From contig JAYWIR010000010.1 of the NCBI GenBank assembly GCA_036172245.1, positions 2,046,001-2,110,000 on the forward strand: DNA of 64,000 nt, read 5' to 3'. The stretch comes from Raillietiella orientalis. Its lineage: Eukaryota. Both the position numbers and the translations under genes were made by a program. Position 1 is the stretch's first letter, and every line of letters starts with the position of its first letter. Under the pieces are notes generated by a model. It did no database searches. It was given only the letters and a program-made list of their open reading frames with translations, and was not told the origin of the DNA. Shown here in pieces: positions 1 to 11,999 of this stretch.

Positions 1-1800
1 GTGGAACGAAAGCTTCCGGAAACTTCCCGAATACAACTCGAGTCCTCATTTCCTGAGATAAAAATTTCAAGTAACCTGGAAACAAAGATGCAAGACACAG
101 CTCGTGGGGTTTCCTCATCTCCTTCCTACCGCTCTCACGGGATCTCGCTGCTCAACTCTGCTTCCTATGAAGTGGAACCCCGAACTCTTTGAGTGCTTCA
201 TCCTTGTGGGCATTCGAGAAGGGAAGCAGCCTCCCGAAAAGTGCAGTGGGTCAAGCATCATTCGAGGTGTGGAGCCAGGAATTCTCCCAGAAACCAGTGC
301 ACTATTTACGTCCACTGACATTTGCTACAGGCTGTTGAAGAAACCGAAGGCAGTTCATCTCGCTCATCACGTCAGAGAAGACCACTGTCCCGTTAAGAAC
401 AACGTGGTGGATTTCCAGCCAAGTTCCCTAGGGATCCTGCGAAAGCCTTCTTGTTGGCAGAAAACCCGGTGCCTTCAGCCATTTCTGACCTCCGAATCAC
501 ATCTGCAACATTTCCATTCTTGGGAACCCCCTCTATTGCCATTTACCCTTAAATTTTCACTTGAAGTGAAAGGGCGGGGGGCTGTGCAGACTGGCCAACG
601 TTTCCGTCGTCTTCACATCCGTCCACTCAACTGCCCGAGGGCAGCACTGTCTACGAGAGAGGCTCTATCTTCGCAGACGAGTCCTAGACGAGCCAAGGTG
701 CCAAAATATGTCTCGCGGGCAACTGGATGTTGGAACATATCGCCTTCTTCCCAGCGAGTTCCCACCTAGCGCCGTGGGATCTCTTACACTATCCCGTCTG
801 TGACGGGAGTGCCAGGGGTCCCAAAGATGCAACGACGAATGCCTCCGTTGACGCAAGGGCTCTTTGGGCGGGAAAAGAGAGTACTCTTCGTGTGCGTTCC
901 CCTTTCTGTCTCCCGCTTGATCTCTTCCGAAGTCTCTGAGTAGGTGTCGAAGAAGGAATGAGAGAGACATCCAGAACGATGGCTCGTCCCTCCGCACGCA
1001 GCACCAGTCCTGGGGCCCCGGGTCGATCTGAGGATCGACATCGGGTGCAGGCTTCCAGCTTCTGGTTCTTCCGAGAGGCCTTCTCGATGTGTGCTGCCAT
1101 CTCGTCGAGCTCCGGTGAGATTGGAGACTGGCTGAAGGCGCGGTGAACTGAACTCAGATTAACAGCGCCCCAAGGAAGCGTTCCTCTCAGGGTGACTGAG
1201 GCAGGAGGAGGTGCTCCGCCGTCGGGTTCCTCGAAGAATTGGCGGCACTTCAGCTCACTCTTTCTCCGATCGCCGCTGGCAAGGAAACTCCAGGGTGAGC
1301 TTAGGGTTTGCGGGACGTGTTCGAAGGACCCCACCCTAAAGATTTAGCCAGAAGGGAAGGATGAGAGAGAGTGGATACTGAGAAAAGGTGGAGGAGGCTG
1401 AGTGGGAGAGCAGCGCGCGAAAGGAGCAGGAATGCGGGGGGTGGGGGAGATGCCGTCGATCCCAATGAAAAAGCAGGATTACGGCATCGGATGCAGCTAC
1501 TCATCTTGGCGATGAATTCGCTCTCTTCTTCTGAGCCATCCCTTGTTGTAGACCGAACCCTTTGCGGCACTGAGGTTTGCTGCGGCTTAGCCTGGGTGAG
1601 GATGGTCGACATTTCTCGGGCTGCTAGGGTGCACCGGAAAAGGAGACTAGAGTGCTACCGATCGCCGATCTCCGAGAGGGAGAGGAACTTCCGGCTTTCC
1701 AGCAGGTTGCTAGGGAGAACGCTTTCCCTTCAGGGATCTGAGATCGTTTTTTTTTTTTCACGCCCCATCTTGCGGAAGTGAGACCGAAATTGTAATCCAT
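1..1800 (-). mobile_element. Decayed LINE, ORF1 end to AP-endonuclease start
   Basis: NLRVNGNRGVPKNGNVADVIRR followed by FCQQE (about 560-450) resembles the APE N-terminal N.NG...LQE motifs. Confidence 0.35.
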
Positions 1801-1849
1801 CCACGATCTGAGCCAAAGGGCACGAAGTTCTGGTACTCCCGAAAGTGCA

Positions 1850-2560
1850 CTCTCTGGGTTGTCCTCCCGGTTTCCCGCTGCTCCCTTGGTCTCTCCCATT
1901 CCTCCCACTCTGCAAGCGGACAGCTCGGGATCCAGAAGAAGGAAAAAGGAAAGAAAGGAAGAACTCGACGAGCACGTCGCCCTCTCGCTGCAAGAACACG
2001 GAGGAGGTGGGTTCGCAGGGCTTCCGGATGGTGCTCTTCTCCACATCACCGTTCCTCTCGCCGAGAATCTGGAGTTCATGCGAGAAACGGGTGCGGTTTC
2101 CAAGAGGCGAGGGGAAGCAGGAGTTCAAGAGCGTGTCCTTGAAGCCACGGACGCGAGAGCCTGTCTGATCACCTCTTCTGCTCCTACGCAGATTGTCCGC
2201 AGGCCCTCCCGGCTTTGCCGATGCGAGCTCCGTCGTTCTCGGCGTGTCCTGCAAGCCGAGAAAGAGCTCGACAGGCCGCCGCCTCTGTTCCTTCCTTGAA
2301 GAGTCCCTGGTCGGCCGTTCTTCTTTCTCCAGGCAACCGGTTTCCGAAACCCTGGATCCTCCCCCTCCCAGCTTTACGCACAAGGCGCCGTCGAGTTGCG
2401 AAACATACCGCCCACCGGACTGCAGAAGCAGCAGCAGCAGAGAAAGAAGACGGAACTGACGGAGGCCGGTTTCTTTCCGATGGGAGGCTCGACGCCTCCC
2501 GTCCAATGTGCAGAACGGAACCATCCGACGGGCGCACGAAAGATAACTCCAGCATCACCT
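1850..2560 (+). mobile_element. Highly decayed LINE 3' region
   Basis: Frameshifted ALPMR...SACPA...PW reading near 2210-2310 resembles the zinc-knuckle region of the other copies. Confidence 0.3.
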
Positions 2561-3684
2561 CAGGCGATCCCTGGACCCCATCCCTCTCCAAGGCCTTGGA
2601 GTTTTATCAAGGAAGAAAACGATAGCATTCTTATCTCGGCGCTTGGCCCCCATTCTCCGACTGTTGCGCAACTTTCGGATTTCCTGTTTCCCCTGGATAA
2701 TGACGAGGAAGAAACCCTCAGGGAGAATCAATGCGTTCGGCAAGGTCGGTAAGGCGGCGCTCGACGCTTCCGAGAGCAGACAGGTGTCGGACCACGATGG
2801 ACACACGGTGGACAAGGAGGGGACATCGGACGAGGGTAGCCACCTCCCTCGTGGGTTCACTCCAGGGCGAGCAGAACCCGCCGTGTCGCGAAGCGCGCGC
2901 ACTGCTGCCAGCGAGCTCAAGGGAGAGCTGGAATTCCGGTTCGCTTTCCCTTCACCGGGAGAGCTAGAATTTCAGCGTTTCAAGAACAAGGGAGGGAAAA
3001 GGGAAGGCCCTCCTCAAATAGCCCAAGCGCTTCTCAAGAGCTGGCATTGGAGGCAGGGCGCGCCGGGATGCTTCGCAACGCGCGGACGCTGCCGTCTCGC
3101 CTCGAGGTTCCTCGTTCGTCCTTGAGATCGTCCTTCGCTGTGCGCGATACTCCATTCGAACGATCCCGGCTTCCTGGCTGTTCGCTCGTACGGGCCTCGG
3201 GGCAGAGACGACTGGACGAGGCTCGGAGCTAGAAGAGGGGTGCAAGGGTGGTCCGTTTGCAGATCTCCGGTTCCGGACGCTCGCAGGTCACTTCTGGCTT
3301 AGTGAAGCCTCTTCACCTGCACTTCCAGTAAGAGGGAAAGGCGGACTCTCCTGAGGACCTGGGAGGAGGACGACAGACGGCCTGCTGCTGGTGGGTGTCG
3401 ATCCCATGGCGACGTGAAGAGCGGGGGCGCGGCTGGCGTTTAAGGGGGGCGGGCCCTCCCCGGCTCTCTCGGACCCGTGAGGGCGGAGTTTCCCCCGGGA
3501 TTCCCCGAGGAAACTTCGACACCCTAGGACAGCTCCGACGGAAATACCGCCTCTGAGTTTTTGCCTTGGCAACCGGTACGCCGCCGTCTTGCTGGTGGGA
3601 GCACCGGGACCTCCTTGGAAACACGACGCGTCACCGAGACGAAGAGAGCCCAGGGATGGGGAGCTTTCTGGGCTGGAGGTTTTT

Positions 3685-5500
3685 ACCCGATGGCGCCGGG
3701 ACGTTTATTTAAAAAAAAAAAAAAAACTCCAAGTCCTGGGGGAACGGCGTCCTTTCAATAGAAGAGATGCTGCAGAAGTGGAGTTCATTTGCGATGAACA
3801 GCAGCACGCAGGCTAGCTTCCAACATGTAGGGAACGGAGGAAGGGGACAATAAGGAAATGGAAAAAGAGACGGGGGGACGTGGACAGGGAGTGTTGGTGT
3901 CGAACATTCTTCCTTCCTTCCTAGAAGTGTCTCTGGATGGTGGCGATTTTCCTAACGACTTCTTGTGGCAGATGAGACCATCCTGCTTCCGTCCTCATGC
4001 GGGCGGCTGCCACAGTGGTGGCCTCCTTCCACCATGACCCTGACTCCAGTGCATGGCGAGCTGTCACTTTGGCGCGAATGCAGCAGATTGTGCGATCACA
4101 GGGCCCTTGGTACATGGCACCTGCCTACCGGCGAAGTGGGAGGTTTTCTGCAAGATCTCGGCCGGCAGGAAGCTTATCGGTAGCTGGGTTACCCGACAGC
4201 TGGCTGAACGCGGCAACAGCAAGAACCGTCTCGAAAGGACTGGAACGTTGGGGCGAACTCTTCTCCATTCAGCCCGAAGAGTTAGAAGTGCCCCCCGTGT
4301 TTATAGACAGGAAGCTGCTGCCCCAATTGGCAGCAATCGACGCTGCTGATACTGCACTGAGGTCTTCCATGCAATGCGCACCGGCACCACTAGACGAGGG
4401 GAAGCGCATCGCCGAACTGTGCCAGATGTGGGAAGAAGGAGACCTTCCCCCACCTCATAGTGCAGTGCCTGGCCCTCCGGAATTTGTGGGAACATTTCTC
4501 TGCGTCCCTTCCGCACCCCGTGGGCGATCCCAGAGACTTTGAGGCGACTCTTCGTGCGGCACACCATGATGCCCGCAGCCGCAATCTCAGGGCTATGCTG
4601 CGTGCGCGGTGCCATCGCGGCGAAGTGCGACGCTCAGGGAGGTCAGAGCGACAGGGGGGCTGTCCTGCAGATGGCTTTGAGGTTGCCTCACCTGGAAGGG
4701 GAGAAGGAGGAGCTCGCCGGCATCCTTCAACGGATGCAGAGGCCTCACCCACCACGAAATGCAATCCCTTCCCTTTCTTTTTGTAAGTTTTTATAATTTG
4801 TTATAGTTTGTTTCCTTTTTTTTCTATTTTTGTTTCATCCTCCTTCCCCTTCGTGGACGTGATGGACCTCGCCGGCCTTCCCCTTAATTTTTTTTCTTAG
4901 TGTAATCATTGGAATCGGTGGGCCTTTTGGCTCCATCGATCCCTGTAAGAGAAATAAACGACCCGGCCCACCCAGGTGGGAAATCACAGCGCGCTTCTTC
5001 AGAGAGCTCTCCGCGAAGAAGCGTCGCAGCAAGTCCGTAGTGGTGTCGTGCGGTTGACGGAACCCCGAAGCAACTCCGCCGCAAGTCTCCCGGGCACTGC
5101 AGTCGAACAGGTGTGGGAACGATCCCGTTGCCCCGAACCTAAGACGGTTCGGGAATGCAACTCCCCGCGACTACGCTGATTGCACTGGAACGCGCAGCCC
5201 AGAAACAGTGCAACATCTGGTTCCCACAGGAGCGGGAACGCGGAGGTGTGCATACACAGGAGAGTGACCACGAGTTCTTCGGGGCACACACCAAGCAGAT
5301 CACTCCACCGATGGAGTCCCTTTGCCCGGATACGAGGATTGGCGGCATCCACTAACTCGCTCGTCTTGCAGACGTCCAGAAGCATTTCTACTCATGCAAT
5401 GTTGCAGGAGAACTTCCATCCCGCCGGTTGAGCTAGAGGTGAGATCTTCCTCGCAAGCAGCTTCCAGGATACACCGAAGGCTGTAGCAAGGATGTTCGCG
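3685..5500 (-). mobile_element. L1/Tx1-like LINE subfamily A, 3' fragment, split by the insertion at 4102-4982
   Basis: Minus-strand readings KGLHRWSDLLGVCPEEL, LRRFFAESSLKKRAV and ICCIRAKVTARHALESGS...KIATIQRHF*. Collinear with 20951-21670. 3' UTR ends AATAAACGTCCCGGCGCCATCGGGT (3685-3709). Confidence 0.8.
4102..4982 (+). mobile_element. L1/Tx1-like LINE subfamily B, 5'-truncated copy with 7-bp TSD ATCACAG
   Basis: CARCGKKETFPHLIVQC knuckle at 4418-4468, then ALRNLW and GLCCVRGAIAA...ELAGILQRMQRP. AATAAACG at 4953-4960. ATCACAG at 4095-4101 and 4983-4989. Confidence 0.88.
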
Positions 5501-5539
5501 CATCTTAGGGGTACACTGTAACCGTCCGATGGTGACTCC

Positions 5540-5860
5540 CGGGGACCTCGCAGACCAAAGTTTACCTCTTGGGCCTCACCGGTTGCCATTTCTCCCCGAT
5601 TGTCCACCCGCTGCCGCGGGCGATCAAGAGTGATCGCCAAAAGGGAAGGAGAGTGCACCCCAGGGATCCATCGCCCTCAAGAGGAGTTTGGGGGAGTGCC
5701 GGGATGTGAAATACGAGGGAGCCCAATGGCATTGGAGGGCACCTTAGGTTATCACCTACCACGGTCAAGAAAAGCTCTCTTCAGAGGAGGAAACAAGGAG
5801 CGGTTCCCTTGCGGGTTCTCTCTAGAGAAGAAACGAGGATCTTCCAGGATGACGGATACA
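5540..5860 (+). repeat. Diverged internal fragment of the tRNA-headed repeat (copy 4)
   Basis: CTCTTCAGAGGAGGAAACAAGGAGCGGTTCCCTTGCGGGTTC matches 26160-26205 (reverse complement) and about 51525-51550. Confidence 0.6.
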
Positions 5861-5949
5861 TTCAGGTGTCCTGAGCATCTGGAGCACCGATGGAGATGGC
5901 CTCTTGCATGGCTAAGGAGCCTTGAGTCTCGCTGTCACCCCAGAGAGCA

Positions 5950-7310
5950 TCGTGTTTGGTCCTTTCAGCGGCTTGCGCCTCCACAGAAAAAAACTCCCGC
6001 GCATTCCCGAACGAAGGGATTTCGTTCCTTTTTCTTCAGCCCTGTGTGAAACACGCACGAGCTGTCGAGGAAGGGACTCGTTTCCCGTATTCCCCATGCT
6101 TTCCTCACCTTCCCCTATGGCCGTTGCTGTTGCTCCTACGTGGACCTATTCTCCGCTTCCAGTGGGTCTGCTCCCAGGAGCGTTGGGTTCTGCTGCCGAC
6201 CGTCTCCTTTTTCGAGTGCTCAGCTCACCTTCACAGGATTTTTGGCTCCTTGGGAACCTGGTCGTTTGCCAAAGGTCGTTTGCCACCAAAGGGTCCCGTC
6301 GCGAGGAGATGAACGTGCTGACGGGGGAACTTCTCCGGAAGCGCAGAGCGGGACCACACCCCAGTTTTCGCCATTCTTCCCTTTCCTGGCTTCTTCCGAC
6401 GACGCTGGGTTGCTTTCGGTCAAGCAGACGACGTGAGCAGGGTCAGAACTGCTCACTATTCGCCCTGTGGCAGCACCGAGTGAGATCAGAGGCTGCAGTC
6501 CGCACCAGAGACGGGCTGGTTACGCGCCGGAATCTCTCGGTGCCCGTCGTTCTTCTAGCATGTTTGTTGGCGCTTAGTGTGATTCTGCCGTTGCTGGAGC
6601 AACGGTTGAGGATGCTCTGGAGAGATTTCACCCTGAGGGCTGAGCATCCCATGCACGTGAGGTTGGTGCTTCTCCGAGCCACGAAGCTCGCAACGACCTC
6701 CCAAGTTGATGTCCACGGTGGCCACAAGACGGGACTGCAGTGTCCGGCTCTTGAGCCACCTCCTCGGTAAGCTCCACATCCTCTTTTTCTGATGGTCAGA
6801 GGCCATGTAACCACGTACCTCTCTCTCCTCATGCCATGCCTGGCTCCACCAAGGTGTCGGGAGCCGCGATACGGAGCCAGGAGTTTTCTTCAGGCGGGTG
6901 CAGGCGCCGGCACTGTTCGGGAGGTGCCATTTCCAGCTGCTGGATAAACTAGCCAGTCGCACTGCGGCCTGTCCAGAGGGACGACTTGCGAGGCGCGGGC
7001 GAAGTGGCACGCAGTGCGGCGCTGTCTCTCCTTGACGAGAGCATCTGACCCCTCTCAAAGTGGCTATCGGATGCACATGGAGCGTGCAACTGGCTCTTCG
7101 ATCTTGCGGGCGTGGTTCGCGCAGCAGTGTGTGGAAGCATCTTCACGGAGCAGAAGGGATAGACCACTTCGTGGCCCGTCTTCGCCAAACGCGATAACAC
7201 CCCGGGAAGATCCTTCGAGAACACCCTGGAAGAACAAGACTTCCTCGGAAGGACAAATAGAGCGACATTCCCTGAGAAGATTACGGCGCACGCGCGCGTA
7301 AGCCTCGTGG
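5950..7310 (-). mobile_element. Possible zinc-finger N-terminal remnant of an RLE-type retrotransposon
   Basis: Frameshifted Cys/His clusters (YPFCSVK...ANHARK; ARSMCIR; ASFVARRSTNLTCMGC), loosely like the reading near 28130. Confidence 0.3.
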
Positions 7311-7316
7311 TATAGT

Positions 7317-9950
7317 TGGGATCGCGGGGCCCGGCTACGACCCGACCTTCCAAGTTCCCAGGAATCGGAAAAGTCACAGCAGGAGCGAACGCGCCCCACC
7401 CCCTGCCCCTCGAGACCCGGGAGTCAGCTTCGACCCTTGGGAAGAGGAAATAAGCAGGGTATCCTGGACCAGCCCCCCAGCAGGCACCTCCGGCGTGTCC
7501 CTGACCCGCGCCTTGCGTCGCCCCGCGAACGGGGTGCTCCCTGCCGTCCTGCTGCGCGGGAGCGGCACCTCAGCTTGAGGAGTGGCCATTCCCGGCTGAC
7601 GGCTGCGATCTCCGAACGAGAGGACTGACGGATAGGACCGTGGACGAAGGGACAAAAGGGTGGGTCAACCCCATCCTGCCCTGGTCCGCATTCTTCTCGC
7701 GACTACCCCGACTTTTCCCGCGCCGAGATTCCACCCCGTCCTGTCGGACTTTCCGGGCGTCTCTTTCCCCTAGGGAAGCCGAAGGAGGGCGTGGGGGACG
7801 AGCAGATCCCGGTTCCTCATCCTCATCCGTGGGGCAGGAGGCACGGGGAGCATCCGCTCCGGGCTTGCGCTCGTCACGTACTCCGGGCATCGGTGCCGCA
7901 GCTGCGGTCTGCGACCCAGTCGCCCGGGCGATGGAAGGCCGCTACCATCCATCGCCACCACCCTGAGAGCGCTGTGGTAGGCGAGACGAGCACTCGTGCA
8001 GCTCGTGCGTGGTTCTTCTCGAGGTACAGCCTGACCGTCGTGTGGCGACGCTGCCCGCTGCTCAGGACAGCAGACGCGCGAAGAGCAGTCGCGGCGCGTG
8101 CGCCATCAAACCATGAGCGTCCCTTGAGCGCCCGCCACCTCGTCCTGAGAGGAGTCCGGCTCACGCGATATGGTCCTGCAGGAGACGTCCCGGGAAGCAT
8201 TTCCTTCGCGTCTTCCGGGAACACCTGAACTGCCGAGTGATGGTCGGCTCATGCCGTGAGCGCCTTCGGGGAACCCGGCATCTCCTCCGGTGTCGGCACC
8301 TTCTCAGCTGCGCCCTGCTCCAAGATGACCGGCGCACCGTTGATTTCGCGTGCCGTGCCGGGAACCGGGAGACGGTCTTGGTGCCGGAGGCGAGGCGCAT
8401 CTGTCTCCTGGTGTCCCTGGGAACCTACCACGAGGGAGCACTCGCGGACGTGGCGGAGTGGCGAGGCGCAGTAGATGTCCCCTCGTGCGTGTGTGAACCG
8501 TGACCCGGGGCCACGGGGTGGGTGAGCCAGCCAGCAGCCCCAGGTAGTTTCGGTGATCCCTTGGGTGCAGTTCCTGTGGAACCCGCGCCGGAAACGCGGA
8601 ACGGACTGGCTGCTTCTGTTAGAATCTTCCGACGTCGCCTCCGGCATTCTCTCCAGCACGGGGAGGTCCAGAGATCCACGAGTGTCTCCCGCTTCTGTGT
8701 TGCTGGGCAACCGCGACTGCATTCTGCCCACGACGCTGCTGGAAAGCTGCGGCTCATCGCGGAACGCCTAATCCCGGGATGGAGATCTGTGAGCAGCTGC
8801 ATCCTGCACCCCCACCCATCTCGGGAGGGCAGGGAGCAGCTCGGAGCGTACAAATCAACAACGCGGACGCGGGGGAGGTACTCAGCTGCAAGGAGATTCG
8901 TCTCGCCCCTGCGTGGAACGAATCGACTTTGAGGTCAGTTGAGAGCTGGGGTCGAGGTCGGAAGCTGGCTTGGAACGAGCTCTCCTGAGAGTCGCCGCAG
9001 GCTAGAGGTCACAGAGCAACCGCGAGCGCCCGCCGTGAACCTCAGCAGCCGGAGCCGCCTCCCGAAGACAGAACGCAGAGCTCCCGGGGTGCAGGGAAGT
9101 TGCTGGTCGCCGCTTCCTCCTGCAGCCGAGACGCCCCCCGGGGCGAGGAGTGACGGTCGCGCCAACGCAACCTCCGCTCCCTTCCTGATCCTTGCCACAG
9201 GAAGCGCCTCGCCTCTGCTACTTAAACCCCGACCGCCGGCTTTCGGCTTCATAGGAACGTCTGGATGCTGGACGTGCGGTCTGGAAGCCGCCAATGAAAC
9301 CAGAAGGACAGGCCGAAGTTCGAAGGGAAGAACAGAGTCGAAGCCATCCCTAGAGGAAGTTGGATGGACGTAGTCGAGATGACATTCTTGCACCCAGCTT
9401 TCGTGCATGCTCTAAGAGCAAGGGGCTTCCGGCAGGGGCTGGATGACCCGGTTGAGCGGGTCTTCGAGGGGAAGATCCCGCTGCCGCCATAGCCATCGCC
9501 TCGAGCAGCCTTGGTTTCCAATGGTACCTGCTGGTTGTGTTTCCAAGGCGCTTAGTGACTGGATCCTCGCTTCAGAGATGTGGCAGGGGGGCTCCCCCCC
9601 CCCCTCCGCAGCACGGTGGCGTCGGAGAAATCACGCAAGAACCGACCTATTGGAATGGTGGCTTCGATTCCCTCCCCCCTACCCCCCCACACACTCGGCA
9701 GGGCAAGCGGGTGAAGAAGTCACGGCGCTTCTTCAGTGGAGAGGTTGGAAGTTCATGAGGAGAACGAGGGAGTGGATTGTCCTTCCGTTTCTAAATTCTC
9801 CGACCCATGCACCACGGATGCTCTTCCCTCAGTGTGTGCTTTGCCCGGCGGCTGCACCACTGCGTGGCCTCTCGAACTCGCGGAAGGGAAAAGCCGGCTC
9901 TGAAGTGAGCCACGGAGAGCTCCAAGAGGCACGGATGGACGTCCAGACAC
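7317..9950 (-). mobile_element. Decayed non-LTR retrotransposon (RT remnant plus 3' region)
   Basis: Frameshifted RT-like motifs in the expected order on the minus strand: LRPSNFL, GFQTA, KDQEG, AFRDE (FADD-like), NYLGL. 7317-8270 is duplicated at 16662-17610. Confidence 0.55.
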
Positions 9951-10914
9951 GACCCGAGTCCTAGGGGAACCTTAAGGCAGCACGGACCTCCGACGCCGCT
10001 ACCGGAAAGAAAAGCGAATGGGTGCTGGCGACGCCCCACTTTTTGGAATACGGACGTTTTCTAGAGCTCCGCTGTCTTCCTGAAAAACAACCCGCTCTTT
10101 CGGGAGGGACGGGTCGGACTCCGATTCATCTGCAGCGTCGGTATGGCAGTTTGTGGATTCGGAATTCGGTGCAGTGTCGAGATTTTCTCTTTTTCTGGAC
10201 CTCCCGGATTTTTTCGCCGACCGGACTGTGAGTGGAGGACTCGTGCTGGGGCCGCACTCAAGGGGAAATCGACAAGAGATGGAGGGATGAGCTTCTTCTA
10301 TTTAGCAGCAGCCACCTTCGTGGGACAGAACGGTTACACGGGGGGGGAGTGGAAAGTTTTGTCCGCAACCCGGAAGCAAACCGCAGTGTCGTTCTTCCCA
10401 TTAACTCGTTCTTCTCAAGTATGTGCCATCTGCATCGAGGCATCCGTCGTCCACCTTTGCTATAGCCGTAAAAACAACCAAGCAAGCAATAATAATAATA
10501 AAAAAAGACAATTTAAATTCATTACATGTGTTTATGACATGATTTATGACAACCTCCTTGTACTGGATGCTTCGGAAAAAAAAAAATGAACTTACAAAAA
10601 TGGCATTTTTCCTCCTCCTCTTTTTCTTGGTGTGTGCCACGTTGTATGGAGTGCCCTTTTATTCCCCCGGTCCAGCGATTGGGTGAGTTCTCTTTCCCGA
10701 GCCGCCGGTTCCAAGGGTACGCTCATTGGGGGATGAACAAAGGGGACGGGAAAAGGTTCTTAACATAAATGAGACAGAAGCAGAAATTACTTTTGTTAAA
10801 CCGCAACTGCATTCATAAAGCACGAAATAACCCAATCATGTAGGGGGAGGAGGGGGGCAAAAAGAGTAGTGCTCTAAATAGGGTTCAAAATTCCGAAAGT
10901 TTCTAAAGAATTCA

Positions 10915-11530
10915 TACATATGCTTGTTATATGTATTGACGTACATATTTTTATGTGTGCACGCACACACACACACACACATACCTACATGTTTATATTC
11001 ACACACACATACCCACATGTATGTAGATATCCGTGTAGTTATTTATATTTACATATATCTTTATGTGCATATTTATGTCCATATATATTTATCTGTATAT
11101 TTATATTCATAAATACATGTATTTATGCACATATTTATTATATTCATGTATATATATGTATTTAAAGTATGTATAAATATTGATATATACGGTATGTATA
11201 TATTTTTAGAAATATACATACTTGTGTTTATTTTTTTATAATCTTCATGATATGTATTAATCCATGTATTAATCTTTATGTAAATATATATGTGAATATA
11301 TATATGATAAGCATATATTTTTTGTGATATTCGTGATGCATATTAATCCATATATTAATCTTTGCACATATATATACATATATATAGAGAGAGGTTTTTA
11401 TAATCTTTACGATGCATGTATAATACACAACATATTAGTTTCATTAATAAAATGTGCGTCACTGAATCGTAATAAGTATATCTGTTTCAATAATATTACT
11501 GTTTATAATATGTGAATCAATAAACGTGGA
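10915..11530. repeat. AT-rich low-complexity block: (CA)n, TA-rich, and an ~86-bp tandem duplication
   Basis: (CA)n at about 10965-10981 and 11000-11008. TATTAATCCA(T)...TATTAATCTTT recurs at about 11255 and 11341. Confidence 0.85.
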
Positions 11531-11999
11531 TAACTACGTGCATCAAAATAAAATTTGTGTATTAATCTATGTAGAATGAGCATCCATGTTTATCCCTTGT
11601 GACCTTTCGGGATTCGGGGGGGCGCCGCTTTCCTCGGTAGTCAGCAGCCATCGCTGTTTCTTCGCCGGGGGAGATTTTCAGGCGTTCCATTCTGTTATTC
11701 AGAATTTGTTTTTCTCGAGTACGTTGAGTGAATCACTCATACCTAGACATAGACAGCTCACCTTTTATAGTTGTAGGTGTTTTTTTATAGTTGTGAAACT
11801 ATTAAATGAAGCATCATACGGAATTAAAATCTGTATGATGTCTCATTAAATAGCGAACCCTAAATCTGTTAGCGGTATTCCAGGTGCCATGTTTTGGATT
11901 TCCATTAGACAGCCTCGCGGTGGTGAGGCCGATTACGATTTCGGAACATTTTTTTTCGAAGGCAACGCACGGAGGAAACGATGTGGGTCGGGGATGCAA

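Noticed and set aside
3997..4542. 181-aa ORF as one gene
   Set aside because: A chimera across the TSD junction: antisense of LINE A joined to sense of LINE B.
4914..4940. U2 snRNA 5' fragment (GGCCTTTTGGCT) as a Utopia/Keno target
   Set aside because: Only 12 nt match, it lies inside a LINE 3' UTR, and it is not seen in sister copies.
10836..11165. Short Y/I/H/C-rich ORFs
   Set aside because: Translations of CA/TA microsatellite.
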